DNA of 64,000 nucleotides from an uncultured delta proteobacterium (GTDB lineage Bacteria; Myxococcota; Kuafuiibacteriia; Kuafuiibacteriales; Kuafuiibacteriaceae): NCBI GenBank assembly GCA_963803435.1, contig CAWDML010000003.1, positions 576,001 to 640,000 of the forward strand, read 5' to 3'. Shown piece by piece: positions 52,098 to 61,761 of this stretch (position 1 is its first letter; each line of letters starts with the position of its first letter). The notes under the pieces were generated by a model. It saw only the letters and a program-made list of their open reading frames with translations, ran no database searches and was not told where the DNA came from. The position numbers and the translations under genes were made by a program.

Positions 52098-53664
52098 TTA
52101 CGGGTCGACCAAAACCCCTGGATTCATGAGGCCTTGGGGATCGACGACCCGTTTCACCGCCCGGATGGCCTCCTGGAACAGGACCGGGGTCTCGCGTGCG
52201 TACCAGGGCTGGTGCGTCCGGCCGACGGCGTGGTGATGGGTGATGGTCGCGCCGTAGGCCATCAGCGTGTCGGCGGCGGCGCCCTTGATCTCGGCCCACT
52301 GTGAAAGCTCGCCGCCCGGCTTCGCCCGGGTGACGAACGTGTAGTACGCCGCCGGGCCGTCCGGATACACGTGCGTGAAGCGGCACGTCAGGCGCCCCAC
52401 GCCGCCGGTGCGGACGAGCGCGGCGGTCACGTTCTCGGTGAGCGCCGCGTGGAGCGCGTCGAACCGGCTCCAGGTGCACGCCGTCTCGAACGTGTCCGCG
52501 AGGACGCCGAGGGAGATGAGCTGGGTCTGGAGGTACGGGGCCCGCACGAACGCCGCCTTCCAGCTGTCGCCCTCCCGGGAGCGATCGCGGGGGCCCTCGT
52601 GCCGTCCGCCCTCGGCCTCGCAGATCTCGAGCGCTCGCGCCATCCACGGATCGAGCGGATGATCGTCCGACTCGAAGGCGACGATCAGCACGGCGCTTCC
52701 GTCGAAGACGACGCCGTTGAGGGCGGCCTCCGCAGGATCGAGCAAGCGACAGTTGGAGGGGTGCAAGCCTGATTGCGCAAGCTGTCTTGCGGCGCGCACG
52801 GCGGCGGCGAAGTCACCGAAGCGGACGCTGGCCGACAGCTTCCAGGTGGGCCGCGGACGGACGCGCATCCAGGCCTCGGTGATCACGCCCAGCGTCCCCT
52901 CGGAGCCGAGGATCAGTCGATCGGGCGCGGGGCCGGCCCCGGAGGCGGGCAGGGTGCGGGTCTCGATGACACCGCTCGGGGTGATCGTCCGCGTCGACGC
53001 GACCAGGTCGTCGATGTGCGTGTAGAGCGTGGCGAAGTGACCGCCGGCGCGGGTGGCGATCCACCCGCCGAGCGTCGACAGCTCGAAGGACTGGGGATAG
53101 CAGCGGAGCGTCAACCCTTCCTGCGCCAGAGCGGCTTCGAGCAGGGGCCCGGTGGCGCCGGCCTGGATGCGCGCCAGGCGGGACGTCCGATCGATCTCGA
53201 CGACACGATCGAGGCGGGAGAGGTCGAGCGAGAGGACGGCGCCGGCCCGATCGCGCGGACACTCGACGCCGCGGACCACGCTGGTCCCGCCGCCGTACGG
53301 GACCACCGCCACCCGGGCGCCGTCGCACCAGTCGAGGACCGCCCGGAGCTCGGTCTCGTCGGCGGGCACGGCCACCAAATCGGGCGCGTTTGCGAAGTCT
53401 CCCCGAAAGCCGCGGATCAGAATCCCCATAAGCCCTTCCATAGGTGTGGCGGAGGCGAGCGGTGCGCTCGGTCGTCATCGGGAGGTCGGGCGGCGCCTCG
53501 AGCCGGGCCGGTGGGAGGACCGCCGACTCGATCCGCGGCAGCGGCAGCAGATCGATCGTGTCGAGACCGAGCTGCAGCTTGGCCAGCTCGCCCAGCTGCC
53601 GCCGCTCCACGTCGCCCGGGAACGCGTCCGTGAAGCCCCAACCCCAGAAGCTCTTTTCGCGCAT
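52098..53664 (-). CDS. FAD-binding oxidoreductase (alkyl-DHAP synthase-like); +1 base at GAATC 53420-53424
   Basis: SFWGWG, PYGGGTSVV, PQSFELSTLGGWIATR, GSEGTLG, TITHHHAVG, MNPG; two frames join as RAYGD-LIRG. Confidence 0.88.
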
Positions 53665-53871
53665 CACACCAACCTGTGGAGCAGCCGCGCGTCCGTGTCG
53701 AGGCCGCGGATGCTCTCCCCGTGCCTCCGTTGCGGCTCGGCAGGGAGAGCGCTCGGTCGGTTCAGATTCAACACGGAGGCGCGGAGGTACGGAGTGTTTC
53801 CGAGCAGACGCGGCATCGCCGAGTGGGTCCGATGCCATTTTCGCGTCTGGCTGCGTGATACAGTCGGCCCG

Positions 53872-54597
53872 ATGGCGACGGCGCTGAAGGAACGTCTGCT
53901 CTCGGTGATGGATCGGAAGGATCACTGGGCCTGGCCGCACTTCGGTCGGGTCGGGCTGACGCGGGACCAGCTCTTGATCCACTTCCGCCACGAGTATCAG
54001 ACGTACGTGCGCGACTTTCCGGTGCTGCTGGCGCGGACGCTCGGCCTCTCGCCGCCGCCCGAGGTCCGGGCGGCGCTCGCGGAGAACATCTTCGAGGAGC
54101 AGACCGGCAAGCTGTCCATCGGCGTCCCGCACCCGGACCTCTTCCTCGAGATGATGGAGGGGCTCGGCTATTCGGCGGCCGTGCTGGAGGCGCCGGAGCC
54201 CGCGCTGGAGCCCGAGGCCGTCGCCTACCGGCGCTTCCTCGACGAGGTGAGCGCGACACCGCCATGGCAGATCGGCGCGGCGGTGCTCACGATCTTCGTC
54301 GAGGGGAGCCGGAACGAGCGCGCCGAGATGGCGGGTGAGAAGGAGGAGAAGCCGGTCGAGCAGGCGATCGCCGAGCATCCTCTGGTGCGCGTGCACGGGT
54401 GTCCGCCCGACAAGATGCGTCTGGTCCGCGTCCATCGCCTGGTCGAGGGCGGGCATCGGGACGACGCCTGGAACATGGTGCTCGGGCACGTGGGCGGCGA
54501 GCTGGCGGACCCGGTGACCGCCGCGGTCGAGCGGGCGCTCGCGAGCTGGCTCGCCTATCGCGACGGTGTGGCCCGCCGGATTGGGATCGCCCGGTAG
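53872..54597 (+). CDS. PqqC/CADD-like heme-oxygenase-fold iron-containing redox enzyme
   Basis: ENIFEEQTG...PH, VEGS and H-x-x-VEGGH metal-ligand pattern. Confidence 0.75.
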   Translation: MATALKERLLSVMDRKDHWAWPHFGRVGLTRDQLLIHFRHEYQTYVRDFPVLLARTLGLSPPPEVRAALAENIFEEQTGKLSIGVPHPDLFLEMMEGLGYSAAVLEAPEPALEPEAVAYRRFLDEVSATPPWQIGAAVLTIFVEGSRNERAEMAGEKEEKPVEQAIAEHPLVRVHGCPPDKMRLVRVHRLVEGGHRDDAWNMVLGHVGGELADPVTAAVERALASWLAYRDGVARRIGIAR

Positions 54598-54599
54598 CG

Positions 54600-57500
54600 A
54601 TGGACTTCCAGGGCTCCCCGCGGTTCGCGGTGCGACGGCGCATCGGCGAAGGCGGGATGGGCGTCGTCTACGAGGCCTACGATCGGCGACGCGGGACCGA
54701 GGTCGCCCTGAAGACGCTCCGCGATCTCGACGGCGCCTCGCTGTACCGCTTCAAGAAGGAGTTCCGCTCCCTCGCCAACATCAACCACCCGAACCTGATC
54801 GCGCTGTACGACCTCTATTCGAACGGCGAGTCCTGGTTCTTCAGCATGGAGCTGATCCGCGGCGTCAGCTTTCTTCGCTGGGTCCGGCCGGGCGAGATCG
54901 ACCCCAGCGCCGACGCGACGATCCTCGACGAGGCCGCCACCGATCTCCGCGATTCGAGCGAGGCCACCCAGGAGGAGCGAGGGCCCCGCCGGCTTCCGCC
55001 GCTCGACGTCGAGCGGCTTCGCCGAGCGATCGGGCAGCTGGCGCTGGGCGTACATGCGCTCCATGAGATGGGCAGGCTCCACCGCGATCTCAAGCCGACC
55101 AACGTGATGGTCGATCACCACGGCCGCGCCGTGATCCTCGACTTCGGGCTGGTCGCGTACCTCCCACGCGACAAGGAGTTTCAGAGCACGCTCGAGCACG
55201 TCGTCGGCACCGCCGGCTACATGTCGCCCGAGCAGGGGATGGGGAAGAGCATCGGGCCGCCCAGCGACTGGTATGCGGTCGGTGCCATGCTGTTCGAGGC
55301 GCTGGTGGGCCGGCGGCCGTTCGTGGGGCGCCCGATGGACGTGCTACTCGAGAAGCAGCGAGAGGAGGCCCCGCGCGCCCGCGAGATCGACCGCATGGTA
55401 CCCGAGGATCTGGACTCGCTGGCGGCGTCGCTCCTGTCGCGGGATCCGGCCGCGCGGCCTACGGGCGCCGAGGTGCTCGATCGCCTGGGGTTGCCGCAGG
55501 CGAAGCGCGAGCTCGTGTACGCGGACCAGACCGAGATCGAGGAGCGCCTGGTTGGACGGGATCGTGAGCTTGTCGTGCTCCGCGCGGCCTTCGAGCAGGC
55601 CGAGGAGAAGCGACCGGCCATCGTGGTCATCGCGGGCGCCTCGGGCACCGGGAAGAGCGCGCTCATCGACCGCTTCCTCGCCGAGCTGCGCCCGCTCGAG
55701 GACGCGGTGATCCTCTCGGGAGGCTGCTACCAGCGGGAGGCCGTGCCGTTCAAGGCGTTCGACGATCTGATCGACGGCCTGTCGCGCTTCCTCAGGAGCT
55801 TGCTCGCCTCGGACGTGGACGCGATCCTCCCCGAGCACGTCACCGCGCTCGCCCGCGTCTTTCCCGTGCTGCGCCAGGTGCGATCGATCCACGACCGTGT
55901 GGTGGCCGACGCGATGCGCGCCGGCGCCGAGCGTGATCCCGCCGAGCTGCGCGGGCGCGCCTTCAACGCGCTCCGGCGCCTGCTCGCGAGCCTGTGCCGG
56001 CGGCTCCCCGTGGTGCTCGCGATCGACGATCTCCAGTGGAGCGACGAGGACAGCGCCGAGCTGTTGCGCGAGCTCCTGCGCGGGCCCGAGCCGCCGCCGA
56101 TCTTGCTGGTCGCTGCGTACCGGGTCGAGGATGCGGACACCGGCGCGGTGCGATCGGCGCTGGCCGCCTTGAAGGAGTCGACCGCGAAGCCGCGCCGGAT
56201 CGAGCTGTCGACCCTCTCGCTCGAGGAGTCGCGCGAGCTGGCGAGCCTGCTCCTCGGCGGCAAGCGACCGGAGCTGGCGGAGCGCATCGCCACGGAGTCC
56301 GGTGGCAGCCCATACTTTGTCTCGGAGCTGGTGCTCCTCGATCAGATCGAGTCGGCGGACCAGCTGACCCTGGAGCGCGTGCTCTCGGCGCGCGTGGCGT
56401 CGCTGCCGGAGCCGGCGCAGCGGCTGCTCGAGATGGTGGCGGCGTCGGGTCGACCGTTGCCGCTGGCGGTTGCGCTCGACGCGGCCGGGCTCGGGCGCCA
56501 TCAGGAGCAGGCGCTCTCCGTGCTGCTGGCAGGGAACCTGGTGCGCACCCGGCTCGTCGAAGGCAAGGAGATGGAGCTCGCCCCCTATCACGATCGGATC
56601 CGCCGCGCGGTGCTGGGACGGATGGGCGAGCCGGTGCTGGCGGCCTGTCACCGCGCGCTCGCGATCGCGCTGGAGCTCACCGCCGATCCGGACGCCGAGG
56701 CGCTGTCGGTGCATCTGACGCGCGCCGGTGAGCCCGCGCGGGCCGCCGAGTTTGCGCTGCAGGCGGCACGGCAAGCCCGGGCCACCCTGGCGCTCGAGCG
56801 GGCGGCCGAGCTGTACCGCGCCGCGCTGCTCGACCTCTCCTCGCCGGAGCTGCAGCACGAGGCCGCGGACGCGTTCGCGGAGGCGGGCCACGGTGTGGAG
56901 GCCGCCGAGCTCTATCTGGCGCTGGCGCGCAGGAACCCATCGGAGCAGGGGGTGCTGATGCGGGTGGCCGCGGAGCAGCTGCTGCGGACGGGGCACGTGG
57001 AGCGGGGCGTCCGCGTCCTCGAGCAAGTGCTGGCCCGCTTCGGGATGTCGTTGGCGAAGAGCCCGGTCGGACAGCTCACGCTGCTGGCGACCGCCCGCCT
57101 GGGGGTCCGCCTCCGAGGTATTCGTTTCAAACGAAGGACCGAGAGCACCGTCGATCCGGGCGAGCTGGAGCGTACCGACGCGCTCGGCTCCGTCGCCACG
57201 GGGCTGGGGATGATCGATGCCATCGCGGCGTCGCACTTTCAATCGAAGCACCTGGTGGCGGCGCTCGACGCGGGTGAACCCCGCCGGATCGTGCGTGCAC
57301 TGGCGATGGAGGCCTGCTACTCGGCGGCCGGGGGCGCGAGCAACGAGCGCAGGACTCGCCGTCTGGTGGAGACCGTCGAGCGGCTCGCCTGGGAGCTGGG
57401 CGACGACCCCAAAACCGAGCACCTCCTCGCGCTGGCCTCGATGGCGAAGGGCGCGGCGGCTTGCTTGAACGGGCGCTTCGCCGAGGGTGAGCGTGCCTCG

Positions 57501-58292
57501 ACCGAGGCGGAGGAGATCTTTCGCGAGCACTGCCGCGGGGTGCAGTGGGAGATCGCGACCGCAGGGATCTTTCGGCTGATGTCGCTGGCGATGCTCGGTC
57601 GAGTCGCGGACCTCAACCGCTACGTGCGCAGGAACGTGCGCGATGCGCTGCGCCGCGGTGATCGCTACGCCGCCGCCAACCTGCGGAGCGGTCACGGGAA
57701 TCTGGCCTGGCTGGTCGGCGGCGATCCGGAGGGAGCAGAGGCGGTGCTCGACGAGACGGTTGCCCACCTGCCGCAGCGCTTCAGCATGCCGCACGCGTAC
57801 GAGCTGATCGCGCGGGGTCACGTCTTCCTCTATCGGGGCGAGGGACGGCGCGCGTTCGCGCTCTGCGAATCGGTGAGGAGCCGCTACGAGCGCTCGCTGG
57901 TGTCGCGCGTCCAGTTCCTCCGGATCGAGGTCGCCTCCCTGTTCGGCCGGTGCGCGCTGGCGGCCGGCGAGCTGACCGTCGCCTCGAAGCAGGCCGCCCT
58001 GCTCGGAAGGGAGACGCTCCCGTTCGCGCAGGCGCTCGGCCGGCTCCTGGCGGCAGGTATCGAGGAGGCGCGGGGTCTTACCCAGGCAGCCCGCCGCACC
58101 TACGCCCGGGCGGCGCGCATCCTCTCGGATTCGGACCTGGCGCTTCACGCGGCGGCGGCACAGCGCCGGCAGGGGCTTCTGGGCGGGCCGGGCGGCGCGC
58201 TCGAGAAGGCGGAGGCGTGGCTCTCGGGGCAAGGGCTGGAGGATCCGGTCCGATTCGCCGGGATCTTCGCGCCGGCCTCGGGCAACCACTGA
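54600..58292 (+). CDS. Ser/Thr kinase-AAA ATPase fusion with helical/TPR C-terminus
   Basis: GEGGMGVVY, HRDLKPTN, DFG, MSPE; Walker A GASGTGKS; IDDLQW; SGGSPYF. Confidence 0.93.
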   Translation: MDFQGSPRFAVRRRIGEGGMGVVYEAYDRRRGTEVALKTLRDLDGASLYRFKKEFRSLANINHPNLIALYDLYSNGESWFFSMELIRGVSFLRWVRPGEIDPSADATILDEAATDLRDSSEATQEERGPRRLPPLDVERLRRAIGQLALGVHALHEMGRLHRDLKPTNVMVDHHGRAVILDFGLVAYLPRDKEFQSTLEHVVGTAGYMSPEQGMGKSIGPPSDWYAVGAMLFEALVGRRPFVGRPMDVLLEKQREEAPRAREIDRMVPEDLDSLAASLLSRDPAARPTGAEVLDRLGLPQAKRELVYADQTEIEERLVGRDRELVVLRAAFEQAEEKRPAIVVIAGASGTGKSALIDRFLAELRPLEDAVILSGGCYQREAVPFKAFDDLIDGLSRFLRSLLASDVDAILPEHVTALARVFPVLRQVRSIHDRVVADAMRAGAERDPAELRGRAFNALRRLLASLCRRLPVVLAIDDLQWSDEDSAELLRELLRGPEPPPILLVAAYRVEDADTGAVRSALAALKESTAKPRRIELSTLSLEESRELASLLLGGKRPELAERIATESGGSPYFVSELVLLDQIESADQLTLERVLSARVASLPEPAQRLLEMVAASGRPLPLAVALDAAGLGRHQEQALSVLLAGNLVRTRLVEGKEMELAPYHDRIRRAVLGRMGEPVLAACHRALAIALELTADPDAEALSVHLTRAGEPARAAEFALQAARQARATLALERAAELYRAALLDLSSPELQHEAADAFAEAGHGVEAAELYLALARRNPSEQGVLMRVAAEQLLRTGHVERGVRVLEQVLARFGMSLAKSPVGQLTLLATARLGVRLRGIRFKRRTESTVDPGELERTDALGSVATGLGMIDAIAASHFQSKHLVAALDAGEPRRIVRALAMEACYSAAGGASNERRTRRLVETVERLAWELGDDPKTEHLLALASMAKGAAACLNGRFAEGERASTEAEEIFREHCRGVQWEIATAGIFRLMSLAMLGRVADLNRYVRRNVRDALRRGDRYAAANLRSGHGNLAWLVGGDPEGAEAVLDETVAHLPQRFSMPHAYELIARGHVFLYRGEGRRAFALCESVRSRYERSLVSRVQFLRIEVASLFGRCALAAGELTVASKQAALLGRETLPFAQALGRLLAAGIEEARGLTQAARRTYARAARILSDSDLALHAAAAQRRQGLLGGPGGALEKAEAWLSGQGLEDPVRFAGIFAPASGNH

Positions 58293-58378
58293 CCGTATAG
58301 CCTCGAACCGACCGGCGCTCTGGGGCCAGGCTACGTCGCGGGTGTTCGGAGCACGGCGGATGAGGGACACTATTTTCG

Positions 58379-60073
58379 ATGCGTGCCGGCGCTGCCCTCG
58401 CCGTCGCGTTGCTCCTCGGGGGTTGCGCCCAGGAGCCGGATTACGATGGGCGCTTCTGCACCGAAGACTCACCGTGTCCGAACGGCTTCTCGTGCAGCGG
58501 CGGGACGTGTCACCGGCTCTGCGCAATCAACGACGAGTGCGTGCTCAGCGAACAGGTCTGCGTGAGCGGAGTCTGCACTTCGCTGACGACCGCCCCCATG
58601 GACGCGGGCGTCCAGCACAAGGACGCCGGGGGCGCGCCCGACGCGGAAGCATTCGTCGAGTGCCTCGTCGACGGCGAGTGCGGCGCACCCGGCGCCTGCG
58701 AGATCCAGGCGGGCGCGTCCTGCGTCGAGGGCCGCTGCGTCTATGAACGCGTGCGATGCGGTGATCCTCCGCCGGCCGAGTGCACCGACGGCGACACGTT
58801 GTTCCGCACCTATTCGCAGTTTGGCAGCTGCGACGACGCCACCGGCGACTGCGAGTACACGGCGATGGGCGTCCCCTGCGCCGACTGCAGCGCGAGCTGT
58901 CTCGAGCCGTGCGCGGCGGTCGCCTGCGACGAAGACCACGGCGGCTGCCGTACCGGCGGCTACTGCATGCCCGGGGTTCCGGGCGACCCGCCCACCTGCG
59001 TCTATGACGACGCCGACGACGGGACCGACTGCACCAAGGACGACGGCCAGCCGGGACGCTGTCATCAGGGCGACTGCGCCGAGTGCAATGAGGCCGCCGA
59101 TTGCGACGACGGCAACCCATGCACGAGCGACGTCTGCGATACGGCCGCCGGTACCTGCAGCCACGTCGCCTCCGCCGGCGCGTGCAACGACGGCAACGCG
59201 TGTACTCGCACGGACGTTTGCATGGGCGGCGCCTGCGTTGGGATGGATCCCACCGACTGCAGCAGCGGCGGGCCCGAATGCCGGCAGCCGGCGGGCACCT
59301 GCAATCCTGCCACCGGCGCGTGCGAGTATCCGCCCAGCACGCTCGGCACGGTCTGCACCGCGGACGGGAACCCGTGCAGCGACGACGTCTGCGACGGCGC
59401 CGGCGGCTGCATCCACCCGAACCGACCGAACGGCTCGGCGTGCACCGACTCGAGCGCCTGCACCCAGACCGACGTCTGTCAGAACGGTGCGTGCGTCGGC
59501 AGCAATCCGGTCGCGTGCAACACGCCGCCCGGCCAGTGCTACGAGACGGCCGGAAGCTGCAACCCGAGCGACGCCAGCTGTACGTACTCTCCGAGCCCAA
59601 CGACGCGCGCGTGCAACGACGCCAACACTTGCACGCACACCGACCGCTGCAACGGCGTTGGCGGCTGCTCCGGGACCGCCTACAGCTGCAACGACGCGAA
59701 CGCGTGCACGAGCGACACCTGCGACGGCAACGGCGGCTGCAGCTACAGCGCCGTGGCCCCACCCGGCCTGAACCCGAGCGGCGGCGCCGTGGTGAGCACG
59801 ATGGACGTGACGCTGACCTGGACCGGCTGCGGCGGCGGCGTGACCTACGAGGTCGACATCGACTGGCTGAGGTCCGACGGTACCTGGGCCGACTACTTCG
59901 TCTACACCGGTGAGCCCAACAACTCGAAGACGTTCTTTCCTTGCTCCAGCGCGGCGCCTGGATTGCCGTGCAACGACGACTTCCGGTTCCGCGTGCGCTC
60001 GTACAACGGCACCACGTTCGGTCCCTGGTCGACGTTCGTGATCTGGCACTGGAACAACTGCCGCACCTGCTGA
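58379..60073 (+). CDS. Cys-rich repeat surface lipoprotein
   Basis: Lipobox LGGC; repeated C-[DN]-D-[GA]-N-x-C-T-x-D-x-C units; Trp-rich FN3-like C-terminus. Confidence 0.85.
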   Translation: MRAGAALAVALLLGGCAQEPDYDGRFCTEDSPCPNGFSCSGGTCHRLCAINDECVLSEQVCVSGVCTSLTTAPMDAGVQHKDAGGAPDAEAFVECLVDGECGAPGACEIQAGASCVEGRCVYERVRCGDPPPAECTDGDTLFRTYSQFGSCDDATGDCEYTAMGVPCADCSASCLEPCAAVACDEDHGGCRTGGYCMPGVPGDPPTCVYDDADDGTDCTKDDGQPGRCHQGDCAECNEAADCDDGNPCTSDVCDTAAGTCSHVASAGACNDGNACTRTDVCMGGACVGMDPTDCSSGGPECRQPAGTCNPATGACEYPPSTLGTVCTADGNPCSDDVCDGAGGCIHPNRPNGSACTDSSACTQTDVCQNGACVGSNPVACNTPPGQCYETAGSCNPSDASCTYSPSPTTRACNDANTCTHTDRCNGVGGCSGTAYSCNDANACTSDTCDGNGGCSYSAVAPPGLNPSGGAVVSTMDVTLTWTGCGGGVTYEVDIDWLRSDGTWADYFVYTGEPNNSKTFFPCSSAAPGLPCNDDFRFRVRSYNGTTFGPWSTFVIWHWNNCRTC

Positions 60074-60088
60074 GGCTACACTCGGGTC

Positions 60089-60520
60089 ATGGCGAGCTCA
60101 GTCGATCGGCGTTCACGGGCGCTCACGATCGCCGGCGTGTTCACGCTCCTGCTCCTCACGGTCGCCGGCGCGCTCTACCTGCTGCGCCTGAGCTGGTTTG
60201 CGCTGGCCATCGCGCTCATGGTCCCGACACTGCTCTTCGAGACGGTCAAGAGCCTTCGAGAGCTCGAGGGTGAGCGCGTGGTTCTCGAGTCGTCGTCCCG
60301 TTTCCGCGACGTGGTGGAGCTCGGCGTCATCGCGCTGGGAGGCGGGCTCGCGTTCGCGGTCGAGCGAGCGCTGCGAGGCTACGGCGTCGAGCCGCCGTGG
60401 AGGTTCGGTTGGGGCACGACGCTCTTCATCGCGCTCCCGGTGGTCCTCTTGTCGTTCCGCTATCTGGTGCCGCGGCTCTGCGCCTGGGCCGGAATCGGCA
60501 TCCGCGCCGCTCGCGCCTGA
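60089..60520 (+). CDS. Hypothetical membrane protein (about 4 TM)
   Basis: Hydrophobic segments; co-oriented 15 nt after the Cys-rich gene. Confidence 0.65.
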   Translation: MASSVDRRSRALTIAGVFTLLLLTVAGALYLLRLSWFALAIALMVPTLLFETVKSLRELEGERVVLESSSRFRDVVELGVIALGGGLAFAVERALRGYGVEPPWRFGWGTTLFIALPVVLLSFRYLVPRLCAWAGIGIRAARA

Positions 60521-60526
60521 GAGCTC

Positions 60527-61748
60527 TCAGGACTCCTCGTCGTCGAGGAGATTGGCGATCGCGCGCTTGGGAGCGCCGCGCCGATGGGCGGCGGCCTGCG
60601 CCGAGGTGAGATCGGCCGGTGGGAGATCGATGGGACCGGTGGTCTCCTCGGTTCGGCCCTGCTTCCGCGCGTTCGCCCGGGCCGCCGCCTCCTTGGCCTT
60701 CTTCTTCAGCTCGGCGATTCGCTTTCGCTTGGCCTCCTCCGGATCTTCTCGGGGTGCCTCCTTCTTCGGCGCGCGCGAGGGGATCCGGGCCTCCGGCCGG
60801 GGCTTGTTGCTCCCCAAATCGAAGCGAACGTTCTCCTTTCTTCGAGGGATGGGGGTGGTGATCGGCTTGCGCCGCGCCGGCCCGCGTCGGTCGTCCTCCG
60901 GCGGCGCCTCTCGGGTCACAGGGGCCGCCGCGGGCGGCGCGCTCTTCTTCTTCGGCTTGTTGCGGCGGCTGATCTTCACCGCGCCCCCGGTCTCCTCCAC
61001 CTCGAACGAGCCCTTGCCCACGCTCCGCCGCGAGCTCTTCAACTTGGCCACGGGCGGCAGCGTCCGCGGCGCCTGGGTCTCAGGCCTCTTCGCGTTCTCC
61101 TCCCCGATGCGCTTCGCCATCTCGGCTGCGTCGGTCGGGGCCATCATCGTGTTGGCTTCATCGCGGCGTGGCTCGGTGAGATCGAGCCCCTGCGCGGCGA
61201 ACAGCATCATCAACGATTGGGGTCCGTGCGCGAGCGCGTAGTCGGCCTCGTTCTCGTAGACCGGGAGCAGCCAGATGATCTCGATCTCCTGGCCCCGCGA
61301 CACCTGCGTCTTGTGGAAGCTCGAGACGAAGGGGATCGGCGGCATGAACAGGAGCGCGTCCATGTCGCAGAACTTCTTGAGCTCATCCGGTGCCCGCACG
61401 ACGTCGCCCTGCTGGATGACTTGGTCGTTCGTCTCGGCGAACAGCGCGAAGGAGGCGAGCATCCGGTGTACCGCCTCGAAGGCTTCGCCATCGGGCTCGC
61501 GCTTCAGGATCAGGATGCCCTCGAATCCGCCGCCCGTCCTTCATCGTGTACTGGGAGGCGCCGCAGGTCGCGAAGACCACCGGTGAATGGGGGCCCGCCG
61601 GCGCGAAGTACGCCAGGTTGAGCGCTTGCATGGGGGAGCCCGGGATCGGGCTTCCGGACACTTCGAAGACTTCGTCCGGCGGACCGAGGTGCTCCACCAA
61701 ATGCTTGCGGATGAGGAGGATGTCTTGGTTGGCGTCGAGGGCGACCAA
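60527..61748 (-). CDS. Suppressor-of-fused (SUFU)-like domain protein with long charged tail; +1 base at GAATC 61523-61527
   Basis: HLVEHLG, VVFATCGAS, IWLLPVYENEADYA...G and RRDE pattern; frames join as GRRI-EGILIL. Confidence 0.7.
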
Positions 61749-61761
61749 CCGCTCGACTATA

